Part shown: positions 1 through 11,000 of the stretch, in pieces
Layout of the letters: each line of letters opens with the position of its first letter
Position numbering within the stretch: the first letter of the stretch is position 1
DNA from: a virus
Taxonomy: Duplodnaviria > Caudoviricetes
Strand: one strand, 5' to 3'
Length of the DNA stretch: 64,000 nt
Virus record (IMG/VR): IMGVR_UViG_3300031088_000782
Location: 64,001 to 128,000 of that record
Program-made: the position numbers and the translations under genes
The notes under the pieces: generated by a model
Seen by the model: only the letters and a program-made list of their open reading frames with translations
The model's database searches: none
What the model was told of the DNA's origin: nothing

Positions 1-1
1 T

Positions 2-274
2 GACACTTTCCAGAAAGAAGAAAATATGACTGATGGGCTTCGCAATCTTTGTGCTCAGAGGGGCGTTGACATTAGCGAATTCCTGAAGTCAAGATTGCAT
101 GAGCCTACCCCTGGTCATAATAGCTCTGGAGGCGCTGGTGGGCGAAATAACCCGACTTCAGGCAATAGGACATTAGGTAGTCCATTATCTGATTCTGGAG
201 CGTCTGAGGGGGCTTCTAAGCGCAGGAGACTTCCTACTGCAAATCCTTTCAGTAAAGGTGGTAGAAACATATGA
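2..274 (+). CDS. C-terminal end of a gene running in from upstream (hypothetical, G/S/N-rich tail)
   Basis: Frame is open from base 2 (DTFQKEEN then MTDGL...), so ATG 26 is probably internal; ATGA overlap with the next gene. Confidence 0.6.
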   Translation, partial: DTFQKEENMTDGLRNLCAQRGVDISEFLKSRLHEPTPGHNSSGGAGGRNNPTSGNRTLGSPLSDSGASEGASKRRRLPTANPFSKGGRNI

Positions 275-1374
275 AAGAACCTATAAGCGGAGCTAAACCA
301 GTTCGAAAGAATACTAATGACAGAATCACTTTGGAAGCTTTAAAATATTACGTTCCTTTGTTTCATATAGGGGATGAGGCTTCTTTAAGAATTTTGGAAG
401 ATGATGTTTCTACGGGGGAAAGAAACTTTTTGCAATCAAGAATCCTTTTGAAGCAAATGACTGTTGATAAGATAGCCTCTTTGTCTGGCCCTCTAATTAC
501 TCGTGAGATAAATAAACTCATCAAAAATTCTCATTTGAATGGGCGTGATGATCTTTTTGACATTCTTTATTACGCTGGAATTAATGGAATGATTAAAGGT
601 TTACGACACTTCGATGTGAATAAGATGAACAAATCTTCAACAAATTATCTTTTTCAATGGATTGTGACATATGCGAAAAAAGAGTTAGCGGTTATTGAAG
701 CTCCTTTTGGTGTTGCGCCTTCTCGTTTTCAAAGATATAAAAAGATTTCTGCTGTAAGAAAGAAACTTTCTGAACAGTTAGGTCGTTATGCAAACAATGA
801 AGAAGTTTTAGAATATTTTGTAAGTGGTAAAGCTGACATTAAAACTATGAGTGGTCGTTTGGATAAAAGTAACGAACCTTATGCTGTGAATAAGAACATG
901 AGTTTGGGACTTATAGAAGAACAAGAAAATTTTGAAAAGAATTTGAATTATGTAAATCTTTTGGATCCACTGGAAGATTACAATACAGAAGTAACCTTGT
1001 CTCATAATGATGTTCCTCCTTTCAGTCAGACTTTATTTGGTATATTTGTAGAGGCTTATAATTTTACTGTTGAGGCTGTTTCTGTTCTTGTTTCTGAGTT
1101 GAAACATCCTGATGTTAAACCAGAATACGTAGCTTGTGCTTCTGATATGTCAACATCTGAGTATAAAAATCTTTCTTTGAAATGGAAAGAGCTTATGCGT
1201 GATGTAAATGGTCCTTTTTACTCTTTTTTGAGCGAAATGGAAGATAATAATTTTGATCAGTTCAATATTCCTGAAACGAAAAGAAATATTGAAAACTATG
1301 GGAAAAAAATCAAGTCTGAAAAATACTTGTCTCTTTTTGAAAATAAAAAGATAAAAAGGAAAGTTAAAATATGA
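271..1374 (+). CDS. Divergent sigma-70 family RNA polymerase sigma factor
   Basis: LYYAGINGMIKGLRHFDVNKMNKSSTNYLFQWIVTYAKKEL matches the region 2 pattern (QEGNxGLxxAVxxFD...FSTYAxWWI); KKLSEQLGRYANNEEVLE matches region 3; a degenerate region 4-like HTH (EYVACASDMSTSEYKNL) follows. Confidence 0.8.
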   Translation: MKEPISGAKPVRKNTNDRITLEALKYYVPLFHIGDEASLRILEDDVSTGERNFLQSRILLKQMTVDKIASLSGPLITREINKLIKNSHLNGRDDLFDILYYAGINGMIKGLRHFDVNKMNKSSTNYLFQWIVTYAKKELAVIEAPFGVAPSRFQRYKKISAVRKKLSEQLGRYANNEEVLEYFVSGKADIKTMSGRLDKSNEPYAVNKNMSLGLIEEQENFEKNLNYVNLLDPLEDYNTEVTLSHNDVPPFSQTLFGIFVEAYNFTVEAVSVLVSELKHPDVKPEYVACASDMSTSEYKNLSLKWKELMRDVNGPFYSFLSEMEDNNFDQFNIPETKRNIENYGKKIKSEKYLSLFENKKIKRKVKI

Positions 1375-1754
1375 TGATTAATATTTTGATTGCTATTGAT
1401 TTCATGTTGAAGCAATACATTGTTATAGGTTCAATTGTTGCCTTGGGGCTAGTTGTTCTTCTGGTTGCTTTTACAGTTGTAAAATCATATAGAGATAAAT
1501 CTACTTATGAAAACGAAAGTCTACCTTCTCTTGTTGAGGTTGGTTTGGCTGATTTTGAAGAGGTAGAAGAAGAGGATAATGAGGATGACAGGATATCGGC
1601 ATTCGACTTTGAAGATGAAGAAGAATCTTCTTTCCAAGATGACAGTGCAAACAGTATTCTGGCTGACGCTAACAGAACAACTCAGATAGAAAACGAAAGA
1701 AGAACAAAACAAAGAATTGGCTTGTTCGGTAAAAACAAATCAAACAAGCACTGA
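1371..1754 (+). CDS. Small single-TM membrane protein with acidic tail
   Basis: N-terminal hydrophobic helix; ATGA overlap with the sigma gene. Confidence 0.7.
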   Translation: MMINILIAIDFMLKQYIVIGSIVALGLVVLLVAFTVVKSYRDKSTYENESLPSLVEVGLADFEEVEEEDNEDDRISAFDFEDEEESSFQDDSANSILADANRTTQIENERRTKQRIGLFGKNKSNKH

Positions 1755-1838
1755 ATCGTGTTGCCGATATAAATAAGACAACATTTTTAAAATAAAAATA
1801 TAAAGATAAGGCGCAAGCCAAGAAAGTTAGGAGATACT

Positions 1839-2132
1839 ATGCCAGTATTAAACAAGCCGGATCTGATTGCAGAAATCGCTGAGAAAACCGGGGAGTCAAA
1901 GGCAGCTACTGAAAGATTTTTGAATGCTTTTCAGGAAACAGTAGTTGATTCAGTAGTTGACGGAGTTGAGGTGAAGATCAGCGGTTTTGCAGCTTTCTCC
2001 CCTTCCACTCGTTCTGCAAGAATTATGAAAAATCCACGAACAGGAGAGGACATCGAAGTTCCTGAAACAAAGACTGTGAGAATGAGAGTTCTTAAAGCAT
2101 TTAGGGATAGAATCTCTGGTCGAGACATGTAA
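1839..2132 (+). CDS. hup: HU/IHF-family histone-like DNA-binding protein
   Basis: LNKPDLIAEIAEKTG...VKISGFAAF...RxARxxKNPRTGEDIEVP signature; AGGAG RBS. Confidence 0.95.
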   Translation: MPVLNKPDLIAEIAEKTGESKAATERFLNAFQETVVDSVVDGVEVKISGFAAFSPSTRSARIMKNPRTGEDIEVPETKTVRMRVLKAFRDRISGRDM

Positions 2133-2144
2133 AAATATTTTCGT

Positions 2145-2190
2145 AGAAATAGCCGTAAGATAATAAAAAATCTTACGGCTATTTCTTTTT
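2145..2190 (+). terminator. Intrinsic terminator-like hairpin
   Basis: agaaatagccgtaagat / atcttacggctatttct, 17-bp perfect stem plus T-run. Confidence 0.85.
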
Positions 2191-2231
2191 GGTAGAATCT
2201 TTAAAGACCCTAACAGAGAAGAAGGAATACT

Positions 2232-2681
2232 GTGAAAAACAATAACAAAATGATCATTCATTTAAATCTTGATAAAAACTTTATTGAAAAAATTAAAGAA
2301 GAAATGTATAAAGAAATTGAAATTGCATCTAAAAAGTGGAGTGTTTCTTTGAATACTGATGATGAAGATTTGATTATTTCTCATTCTGTCAAACAAGTTA
2401 GACGAAAAACTTCTGAAAACATAAGAACTAATTGGGATTTGTCGGATACATTAACTGTTAAAATTAATTCTATTCATAAAAATGTAGAGATCACTCTTCC
2501 TGCTCCAGAAGCTTCTTCTTCAACCTCATCTCTTATTTATACGAGAGATGGATGGGAGATAGATACTGAAAAAAGAGATGAATCTGTGAGATTGCCTGAT
2601 TTTAGGGATTATATTCAAGATCAGATTATGCAATGGGCAAGAACTGCTGTGTTTTATGGAGTAGCGTCTTTCTCATCCTGA
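2232..2681 (+). CDS. Hypothetical protein
   Basis: 149-aa ORF, GTG start with AAGGA RBS, GGTAGAAT -10-like motif at 2191. Confidence 0.7.
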   Translation: MKNNNKMIIHLNLDKNFIEKIKEEMYKEIEIASKKWSVSLNTDDEDLIISHSVKQVRRKTSENIRTNWDLSDTLTVKINSIHKNVEITLPAPEASSSTSSLIYTRDGWEIDTEKRDESVRLPDFRDYIQDQIMQWARTAVFYGVASFSS

Positions 2682-2702
2682 TTTACAGAAAAAGAGGTAA
2701 AA

Positions 2703-3167
2703 ATGTCTAAACTCACTCGAAGAGAGCTTATTTCCAAAATTTCTCAACACACAAATATTCGAAAAGACGCTGTTGAAGAAGTAGTCAATGGGTTAATTGA
2801 TGTTGCTGTTGAAGAAATTATTAACGATGGAGAATTCAATATTATTGAACTTTTTTCAATTACTTCGAAAGATTGGAAAAAATCGTATTCAATCAATGGG
2901 GAACAAGAAGTTCCTACTCGTCCAAGATTGATAATAAAATTGAGCAGGCGTGTGAGAGACCTGTGGAAGATGCGTATAGATGTTCTCAAAGGCGAAAAAG
3001 GCGTTATTACTAAGGATAACTGGCGAGATGCAAGCAAATACTTAATTGAAAATAAAAAGCCTCTCAAATCCGATTTAAATGCACCTAAAAATATAAACAA
3101 ATCAGCAGTTGAGAAAGAACAAAAAGATAAAGATGACTACAATCCTTTCATTGATGATGAGGATTGA
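2703..3167 (+). CDS. Second, divergent HU/IHF-like protein with C-terminal extension
   Basis: LTRRELISKISQHTNIRKDAVEEVVNGLIDVAVEEIINDGEFNIIELFSI follows the HU N-terminal helices and strand; shortened arm; GAGGT RBS. Confidence 0.75.
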   Translation: MSKLTRRELISKISQHTNIRKDAVEEVVNGLIDVAVEEIINDGEFNIIELFSITSKDWKKSYSINGEQEVPTRPRLIIKLSRRVRDLWKMRIDVLKGEKGVITKDNWRDASKYLIENKKPLKSDLNAPKNINKSAVEKEQKDKDDYNPFIDDED

Positions 3168-3207
3168 TTTTCTGTAATTTGAATATAGTTATTTAGAGAG
3201 AATGAAT

Positions 3208-3213
3208 GATATT
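3208..3213 (+). promoter_or_regulatory. GATATW candidate promoter motif
   Basis: GATATT 49 nt before ATG 3257. Confidence 0.5.
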
Positions 3214-3256
3214 AGTATTTAATAATAACTATGCTACAAATTAGGAAGAGAGTAAA

Positions 3257-3808
3257 ATGAGTTCAAATCTGACATACGCATCTTTGCCGATTGAAATTAA
3301 AAAGATCGCCAATGAATCTTTAGGGCTTGGTGTTCTGAAATCATTGTTCAATTATTCTCATACTTACCATTTGATGATAAAAATTTCTGATGGTATATTT
3401 ATTGGATTTGCTCTTTATCATTTTCAGAAAACTCGCTTGAAAAACGGTAAAACTTATGTCACCGGAATTATTGATTGCGTTTCTGTGGCAACAGCTTATC
3501 GTTGTGAAGGTTTTGGAACTTTGCTAACTTTCGGAGTGCTGAGAAAAATGTCAGCTTATGGTGCAGATAGAGTTGAAATAATGTTAAAGACACCTTCTGT
3601 AGATGATTATGATTCTTACCCTGGAGTCCCTGTTATCGGAAGCGAAGATCTTCTTTATTGTTTAGGGTTTAGAAAAATCAGAGTTTACGACAAATACTAC
3701 GAACATAAATCTAAAAAATATGGCTATGATTGTGCGTTTTGTGGAAATAGACCAGATATATGTATGGGAATGTTGTATGCGATAAACGATACTGATTCTT
3801 CAGGATAA
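3257..3808 (+). CDS. GNAT-family acetyltransferase with C-terminal Cys cluster
   Basis: Motif A IDCVSVATAYRCEGFGTLL...GADRVEIML; C-terminal CAFC...C. Confidence 0.8.
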   Translation: MSSNLTYASLPIEIKKIANESLGLGVLKSLFNYSHTYHLMIKISDGIFIGFALYHFQKTRLKNGKTYVTGIIDCVSVATAYRCEGFGTLLTFGVLRKMSAYGADRVEIMLKTPSVDDYDSYPGVPVIGSEDLLYCLGFRKIRVYDKYYEHKSKKYGYDCAFCGNRPDICMGMLYAINDTDSSG

Positions 3809-3925
3809 AAATTTTTAAAAGAAATTGATGAAATATTGAATTCTATAATGAAGATGAAGTAATTTTCTCTGTATCTATTCGCATTGATTGTTATAGAAAA
3901 AGTTTTACGAAATAGACACTCAGGC

Positions 3926-3931
3926 GATATT
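3926..3931 (+). promoter_or_regulatory. GATATW candidate promoter motif
   Basis: GATATT 47 nt before ATG 3973. Confidence 0.5.
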
Positions 3932-3972
3932 TCATTGTGATAATTATGAGTGCAAACATATGGAGATTATAA

Positions 3973-6900
3973 ATGAAGTCATTGCGAGAGCGACAGGATT
4001 CGCAATATTTAACTAAAAGCAAAATGGTTAATATGGCAAAAACCAATAACCCTCGCTTCAAGACTTCATTTTTTACTATCATTTCTGCTTTTTTGGCTTC
4101 TGTCTTTCTTTCCATAGCTGTTCTGTCTTTATTCTCATCTTATGATTCTTTTACTGCTTTTGCTGATGATGAAGAAGATTCAAAAGAGGAAATTGATAAA
4201 CTTGCTGATGATTATATTGTTGACAAAGATGATGGAGATCCTTTTTGGGGAACAGTAGATAAGTTCAACAAAGAAGGAAATCCCGCTGCTAAAAAAGATT
4301 TCAGTTCAGTTATGGCTCGTCTTTTCACAACTCAGTATATGAATGATACTCATAAAGGATCTGCTCAGTCAGGGACACAAAACGGTATTGGAAATTCAGG
4401 TAGAAACTGTAAAGTTGATGCTAAGGGCAAAGGAACTCCTTTGTATCATAACTGTGATGTTCCAAATATTGTGACAGAATTAGTTCAAGACGCATCTTCT
4501 TTAATTATGCAAAGTGGCCCAAGTAATGCTGAAATTCAGAAATCAACTCTTATGTGGGGAGCTTTTGGCCTTCCCTCTAAAATTCCCGGAAAGGGAGCCC
4601 CAGTCGATGCTTCTGAAAGGTCTGTCAAATACACAGCATTAGAGCTTTATGGTTATAATCTTCGATACACAAGCTATGCTGGTGAATGGGATCACATCAA
4701 AGTTATGACAACAGCAAGAGCTTTGGCTAACTATGGCTGGATGGATAATATTAAAATGTCTGTTACTGCCGTTTTCCAGGGTGTTGCAACTGGAATGGAA
4801 GTAGCGAGCGATAATTTCACTGACGAAATTTCAACAGGAAATGTTTTCGGTGCTATTGGCGGATTCTTCACAGGGTTTTTTGAGGGTGCTGCAGCTGGCG
4901 GAATTCACTCTATTTTAGATACATCAGATTTGAATGTTTTCAATACTTATGCATGGTATCGTGTAGGTTATGGGGGAACTCTATATAACGCAAGAGAGCT
5001 TACAGGAACAGAGGTAGCTGCAAGAGCAAGAGCTGAAATGATGAATATGATCACATCCGGTCAGCCTGATGATGCTAAAGTTCCAGAAGATCTTGAAAAA
5101 ATCAAATCCGGCCCTGATTACCCTAAAGAAGCTATCTCGAAATGTGTTTTGTTAAGAGGTAAACTTAAAGATGTTTCTTGGGGAGCAGGAAAAACTCCTC
5201 CTGGTGTCACAGAGAACAGATGTGCTTCTATTGCTAAAAGTCAATATGAGATAAGACAGGCTAGTGACAACCCTCCTAAAGGTGACAACGCTGACTACAA
5301 ATGGACAGAAGATGGAAACCAAAAACAGGAGTCATTAGCTTCTTGGAAGAAACGTCATGTTAAAACTTTTGAAGCTGCCAAAAAATACGGCATTAATTGC
5401 AAAATGGGCAAAGATGGCAAAGATAGAGCAAAGAGCATATCTGCTTTTAAATCTTGTTGGCCTGATGAATACGCTGGAGCCGAATCTGAAGCATTAAAGC
5501 ATGATCAAACCGAAAGAAATGAAGAATGGGTTAAGAAAAAATTAGGCCCAAACGCTTTGCAAGAGTGGGTTGCAGCTGATCCATCAAGAAACTTTAACGC
5601 TCCTTGGAATCGCTTCGTGTGTACAACTGCCAGTGGAAAAGATAAGAAAAAAGACGGCCAACTTGTCATGCTATATAATGCTCAGGGAAAGCACAATGAT
5701 GAGTGTGGAGAAGTCAGACCACCAATTCAGGATGGGCTTTTTGGAAATGGTTATCTATCAGATCAAAAACAACCAGGGCTAGACACTCGAAACAAAGTAG
5801 CAACTTCATCTTTCCTCTCAGTCCTAATGCCTTTCGATGCTGACATAACTTCTATTTCTAATATTGGATTAGGCTTAGCTACTTTCGCTACCAGAATTTC
5901 AAACACAGTTATTAATTTAACTTTCAGTCCTGTTTTTGAAAGTTTAGGAATTGACACAATTGTTGTTAAACTTATTAAAGAATTCAGAGATAGCATTTTC
6001 TTCCCTCTTGTCGCTTTAATGGTCGCTATAACTGGTGTTATGGCTCTTTGGTCGGCAGGAAAAAATAAAGACTATAAGAGACAATTCACAAGTATTCTTC
6101 TTATGGCTGGAGTTATATTATCGGGCGTATTCTTGATGTATAAACCAGATATGACATTAAAAGCTGTTGATGAAGTTCCTGCTGAAATTGAAAAAGCTAT
6201 TATTGGAACTATTTTCGCTGTTGGTAGCGATCCGGGGGATCAGTTGTGCACTTCGACTGGAACGGTATCTGGGAAGAAGGGAACTGGTCTTGACGGGAAG
6301 CGATTAAGCTATAATCCTAATGATAGTGCCAGATCATTAATGTGTGAAAACTGGAGAGCATTTGCCTTTAATCCTTGGGTATATGGTCAATGGGGAACGG
6401 ATATGAGTAATTTGTATTCTAAAGGCTCTGGCTCCGCTAGTACTATGAACAACACTAATGGCGATTTGGTCGGAAGTGCTTCTGTCAATATGGGTGGCGG
6501 AAAGAAAATGAAGAATTGGGCTGTTTATCAATTGAACACTATGTCATCAGGAACAGCTTCTTATGTTGATGAAAATCGTCCAACAGGTAGAATAGATAGA
6601 AACTTCTCTCGCCTCATTGACTTGCAAGCTGGGCCAGAGAATGGAAAAGGAACAGATTCTCGCTATTTCGAAACTTGGTCAGGAAGTAATTGGGGAGATA
6701 GGCTTACTGTGTCATTTATGGCACCGATTGTCGCTGCTTTTGGCGCAGTCACTGTTATCGTTTATTCTATTACTAAAATTCAGATTGCTTTTGCTACAGT
6801 CATTATGCTCCTTTTCTTGCCTTTCATTTTCTTGATTGGTATTCATCCAACAATGGGTAGAACAAAACTTAAAGCATATACAGGAACTATTGTGGGATTA

Positions 6901-8055
6901 ATGATTCAAAGAGTTCTGCTTGTTCTTGTCATGGCTGTTATGTTCAAAGTTGTTGTAGGATTCACAACAGCTTCAGGAAGTTATTTGATTAATTCGCTTG
7001 CTGCTATCGCAGCTTGTATTGCTTTCTTGGTTATGCGCAAGCAATTCTTAGATTTTGTCTTTTCAACTGTGAGTTCAAAGATGGGAGCACCTATTGGTGG
7101 ACAGTTTGTGAGCGACCCCGAGAAATGGCAGAGAGAAAAAGTTATCAGACCTAATGGTTTCCTTGCAAACAAGTCTGAAGTGGCTCTCAAAGGAGCGCAA
7201 ACTATTGCGGCTGGTGGAATTGCTGGATTTGTTAGTGGCGGCGTTTCAGGGGCCTACAAGAATGCGGCACAGGCAACTAAGATTGAACGAGACAACCTCC
7301 TTAACAGGCAACGACGTAGAGGTTATGGTCCGCTTCAAGGACTTGTTGAATCAACCAGTGCTGGTAAGAAAAATGCCCAAGAAAAGATCCTTAATGATGA
7401 TAATGTGAAAGCCTCTGAAAGAGAAGCTGTCAAGAGAACTTCCACATATAGGACATATGAAAAGAAGATGAAAGAGTATGAAGAATTTGATGGAGTAGAA
7501 CAGATCGAAAAAGATCCTTCTGGTAGAGAAATCACTGTGAAAGTGGCTAACAACGGCAAGGATATGGTAAAGCCAATTGAACCTACAAAATTGAAGAGTA
7601 GAAATTCTTCAGCTCAAACAAGGCAATTGAAGAACATGGTTTATAAGGGCAGAATTTATGATCACTTAGAGGGTGCTGCAGAGCAAGATTATTATAATGA
7701 TGATGTTGCAAGGGCTGATTATGAAACACGTAAAAACGAATTTGATAATCTTAATGAGGATCGTAAAGCTCAGGATGAACTCATGAAAGAAAGAGCCTCT
7801 AATAATCAAGAAGAAATTGAACAGGAAGAGGATGAGAAGAAGGAACACTTAAATCAGATAAGGAAAGCTCGTAAATTTGAGGAAAACAAGATTCAGAAAG
7901 AAATTAATATAGTCGAACGTCTGGATAATATTGTTGACAAGAGAAAATTCATGAAGGAAAAAATTAAGGAATCACACAGAAAATCCGAAATGGCCAAAGA
8001 GAGAAACCGTAAGGCTAGAGAAGAAACAGAACAAAACGAAAGAGGGGGAATCTGA
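3973..8055 (+). CDS. Large polytopic membrane protein, VirB6/TrbL/TcpH-like conjugation channel candidate
   Basis: N-terminal signal/TM, Cys-containing ectodomain, two multi-TM blocks, charged coiled-coil tail; paralogous to 8055..11114. Confidence 0.6.
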   Translation: MKSLRERQDSQYLTKSKMVNMAKTNNPRFKTSFFTIISAFLASVFLSIAVLSLFSSYDSFTAFADDEEDSKEEIDKLADDYIVDKDDGDPFWGTVDKFNKEGNPAAKKDFSSVMARLFTTQYMNDTHKGSAQSGTQNGIGNSGRNCKVDAKGKGTPLYHNCDVPNIVTELVQDASSLIMQSGPSNAEIQKSTLMWGAFGLPSKIPGKGAPVDASERSVKYTALELYGYNLRYTSYAGEWDHIKVMTTARALANYGWMDNIKMSVTAVFQGVATGMEVASDNFTDEISTGNVFGAIGGFFTGFFEGAAAGGIHSILDTSDLNVFNTYAWYRVGYGGTLYNARELTGTEVAARARAEMMNMITSGQPDDAKVPEDLEKIKSGPDYPKEAISKCVLLRGKLKDVSWGAGKTPPGVTENRCASIAKSQYEIRQASDNPPKGDNADYKWTEDGNQKQESLASWKKRHVKTFEAAKKYGINCKMGKDGKDRAKSISAFKSCWPDEYAGAESEALKHDQTERNEEWVKKKLGPNALQEWVAADPSRNFNAPWNRFVCTTASGKDKKKDGQLVMLYNAQGKHNDECGEVRPPIQDGLFGNGYLSDQKQPGLDTRNKVATSSFLSVLMPFDADITSISNIGLGLATFATRISNTVINLTFSPVFESLGIDTIVVKLIKEFRDSIFFPLVALMVAITGVMALWSAGKNKDYKRQFTSILLMAGVILSGVFLMYKPDMTLKAVDEVPAEIEKAIIGTIFAVGSDPGDQLCTSTGTVSGKKGTGLDGKRLSYNPNDSARSLMCENWRAFAFNPWVYGQWGTDMSNLYSKGSGSASTMNNTNGDLVGSASVNMGGGKKMKNWAVYQLNTMSSGTASYVDENRPTGRIDRNFSRLIDLQAGPENGKGTDSRYFETWSGSNWGDRLTVSFMAPIVAAFGAVTVIVYSITKIQIAFATVIMLLFLPFIFLIGIHPTMGRTKLKAYTGTIVGLMIQRVLLVLVMAVMFKVVVGFTTASGSYLINSLAAIAACIAFLVMRKQFLDFVFSTVSSKMGAPIGGQFVSDPEKWQREKVIRPNGFLANKSEVALKGAQTIAAGGIAGFVSGGVSGAYKNAAQATKIERDNLLNRQRRRGYGPLQGLVESTSAGKKNAQEKILNDDNVKASEREAVKRTSTYRTYEKKMKEYEEFDGVEQIEKDPSGREITVKVANNGKDMVKPIEPTKLKSRNSSAQTRQLKNMVYKGRIYDHLEGAAEQDYYNDDVARADYETRKNEFDNLNEDRKAQDELMKERASNNQEEIEQEEDEKKEHLNQIRKARKFEENKIQKEINIVERLDNIVDKRKFMKEKIKESHRKSEMAKERNRKAREETEQNERGGI

Positions 8056-11000
8056 TGACAGCATATATTAGCACTCCCGCTCACTCTACACGCCTCAAAT
8101 CAAAGAAAGTGAAAGTTTCTGTATCTCTTATTTTAGCTTTCCTTGTAGCTCTTGTTGGAACCGGAATTTTAGCAATTGCAGCAAATGCCAAAAAAGCAGA
8201 AGCATTTGATGTTACTCAGTATGTCATGTGTGATGTTCTTCCTGCTCCTGCGCCGCAGTTTTACCAAAGCACACAAAGTGATGATATGCACTTTTTAACA
8301 AGATCAAAAAGTGCAATTACTGGTGGAAACAATGATGTTGAAATCGGATTAAACTGGATTCTTGACTTGTTTGGTCCTGGCTATAAAGAAATTAATCAAG
8401 ATATTACTGGACAATCTTTGGATATTGTGGCACCTGATAAGGAAGAAGAAGGTGGCAACAATAATGGGGATGATGAAGGAAACAGCGGAGAAGACGGCGA
8501 AGAGAAGAAGAATTACAATAAGGGTGTTAAAGTAACTCCTTTTGATCGTTTTGGTGTTGCTGGACTTAACTTCACGGCTTATTCAGGAGAATGGAAATAT
8601 ATTGTCATTGATGCTTGCAATGCAGATGGAGAGCCATCAGACCCTAAAGCCGGAGTGTATTATGATGATCGTTTAGAACCTCGTTCAACATGGGATGATA
8701 TGGATAATTCGAAAGATATTCGAACAATTCAATTCACTAAAGGATTAGGTGCTCAACTTGTATCATCGTTTAATGATGTTATGGCAAATGCAGTTTTCAG
8801 TGTAACAAAAACTGTTGTTGTTATCACTATAGGAGTTATTAACTTTGCCTTCTCAGATGTAACTAAAGCTATAGGAATGGACCAACTTATCGGTGATAAA
8901 GGTGGAATCTTCGACATGATCTTCAAAGGAGTATTTACTCCATTGATTGCCATGATTTTTGTTATCACAGCAGCCAATATTTTCTATTTAGCTGTTGTTA
9001 AAAGACAGTTCAGAAACTCTTTGGGGATTCTTGTAAGATCGATTGCTTTGTTCCTTATTGCTATTATTATCTCAACTAATCCTGGTTTTTGGATTAGTAT
9101 TCCTAATAAGATAGCTGTGATGGGGCAATCTATTATTATCACTGCTTTGAATACTAACATGACTACTGGGGATGGATTGTGCGCAACTGACATAGGTTCA
9201 AAAAAGATAGACTTGGTGACAAAGAAGAAAACTAAGAATGAAGCAGATCTTTTAACAAAGACTTCTGAAAATATGCGCTCTGCTATTGGGTGTACATTCT
9301 GGGACACTTTCTTGATGACTCCTTGGGTAGAGGGACAGTTCGGAACAGAATGGAATAAGTTGTGGGCAAAAGGAAAGACAGCAAAATGGGCACCTGAAGG
9401 TTCTTCTGAGCTGAAAAACGGAAACGGCAAAATGGTCGGAAATGCTGAAGTTCCTGTTGGTGACGGAAAGGTTATCAACAATTGGGCTTTGTACCAGATA
9501 AGTACCCAAACTAATGTTCATGTTCCAACAGGACATGAAGGCGAAAAAAGCAAATACACTTCTGGTATTGCCAATGACTGGTGGAGAATTGTTGACGCAG
9601 TGTCCAATTATGATGAAGAAAAAATTTCGGAAACTGTTGCCGGAACAGGTGAGCATGGCACAGATCAAGAGATTGAGTATACTGTTCCTAAAGAAAGCTC
9701 CAAACCAACAAAATATTGGGATGATTGGTCTGGTAACAATACTTGGAATAGAGTTACTACCGCACTGTCATCTTTGGTTATTGCTTCGATAGGAACCGCA
9801 TTACCATTGTTCTTCGGTTTAATGTCTGCAGTATATGCTTTCGGAATTGTTCTGTTGATGATGTTTGCCCCTATTATGCTCTTACTTGGATGTTGGGGCG
9901 GAAGAGGCTGGGAAATTTTCAAAGGATGGGCTGAAATATTAGTCAATACTTTAAGTAAGAGAATCGCTACTGGGCTTCTCTTGGGATTATCGATTACTTT
10001 CATTGTGAAGATTATCAAACTTATGGAAGACATTCCTTGGTGGCAGGGTATTACTTTGCTTATCTTGATTACTGTTTTGTTGTTCAAAGTAAGACATAAA
10101 ATATACGACATTTTCGCTTCGTTCCGATTCTCTACTACTAATTTCGGAGAGACTGCTTCTCGTTTGAATAAGAATTTATCTAGTAAAGCCTCTGCCTATT
10201 CAAAGAATGCTGGAAAGATAGCTTTAGGTTCTGTTGGTGGAGGTGCAGGTTCAAAATTTGCTGGAGGAAGTTTCAAATCTGGAGCCATGTCTGGGTTTAA
10301 GAAAGAATTTGAGAATATGACATTCAGATCAAACAGTAAGTTCCTCAGTCATGCTCGAATGACGAAAGATTCATTCAGAGCAAATGAAGCTGGTGGAGAT
10401 GATGAGCTATTCCGTGGTAGTAAGTATTGTGGAATTTGCGGAAAGTTGATCGCTACAGAAGAGGATCAGAAGGGCACACAGTTGTTCCACGGTGGGCGAC
10501 GAGCTGATGGAACGCTCATCTGTTTAGAGTGCTATCAAGATGGAGTAGATCCTGATGCATCTGAAGTAATCCAAAGAAGCAAGCCTGATAAGAATGAAAA
10601 ACTTAAAGATCCTAAATTGCTAGCACAAGATAAGAAAATTCAATCTAATTATCGCAGAATATTTAGCAAAGAAAGTACTATTAAACATGGTTCAAATCAG
10701 CAGATTCTCAATGATTTGGAAAATGAGAAGGGTGTAGATGGAAAGAATGCTGTTCCTCTTACTATGAAAGAACGTTCTAAGAAAATTACTCAGCTTTCGA
10801 AGTTTGTTTCAAAGGATATTCTTCTTTACATAGAATCCGATACTAAGGAAATTCCTGAAATTCCTGATTTTTTGAAGCCTTATTTAAATGATAGAGATTT
10901 GAAGTTTGGTTGGGAACAGGGTGATTATGAATACATTCAGGCTATGTATGCAGGTGCAATTGTTACATGGTATAACCAAAACTTTGATTTAGAAAACGAT

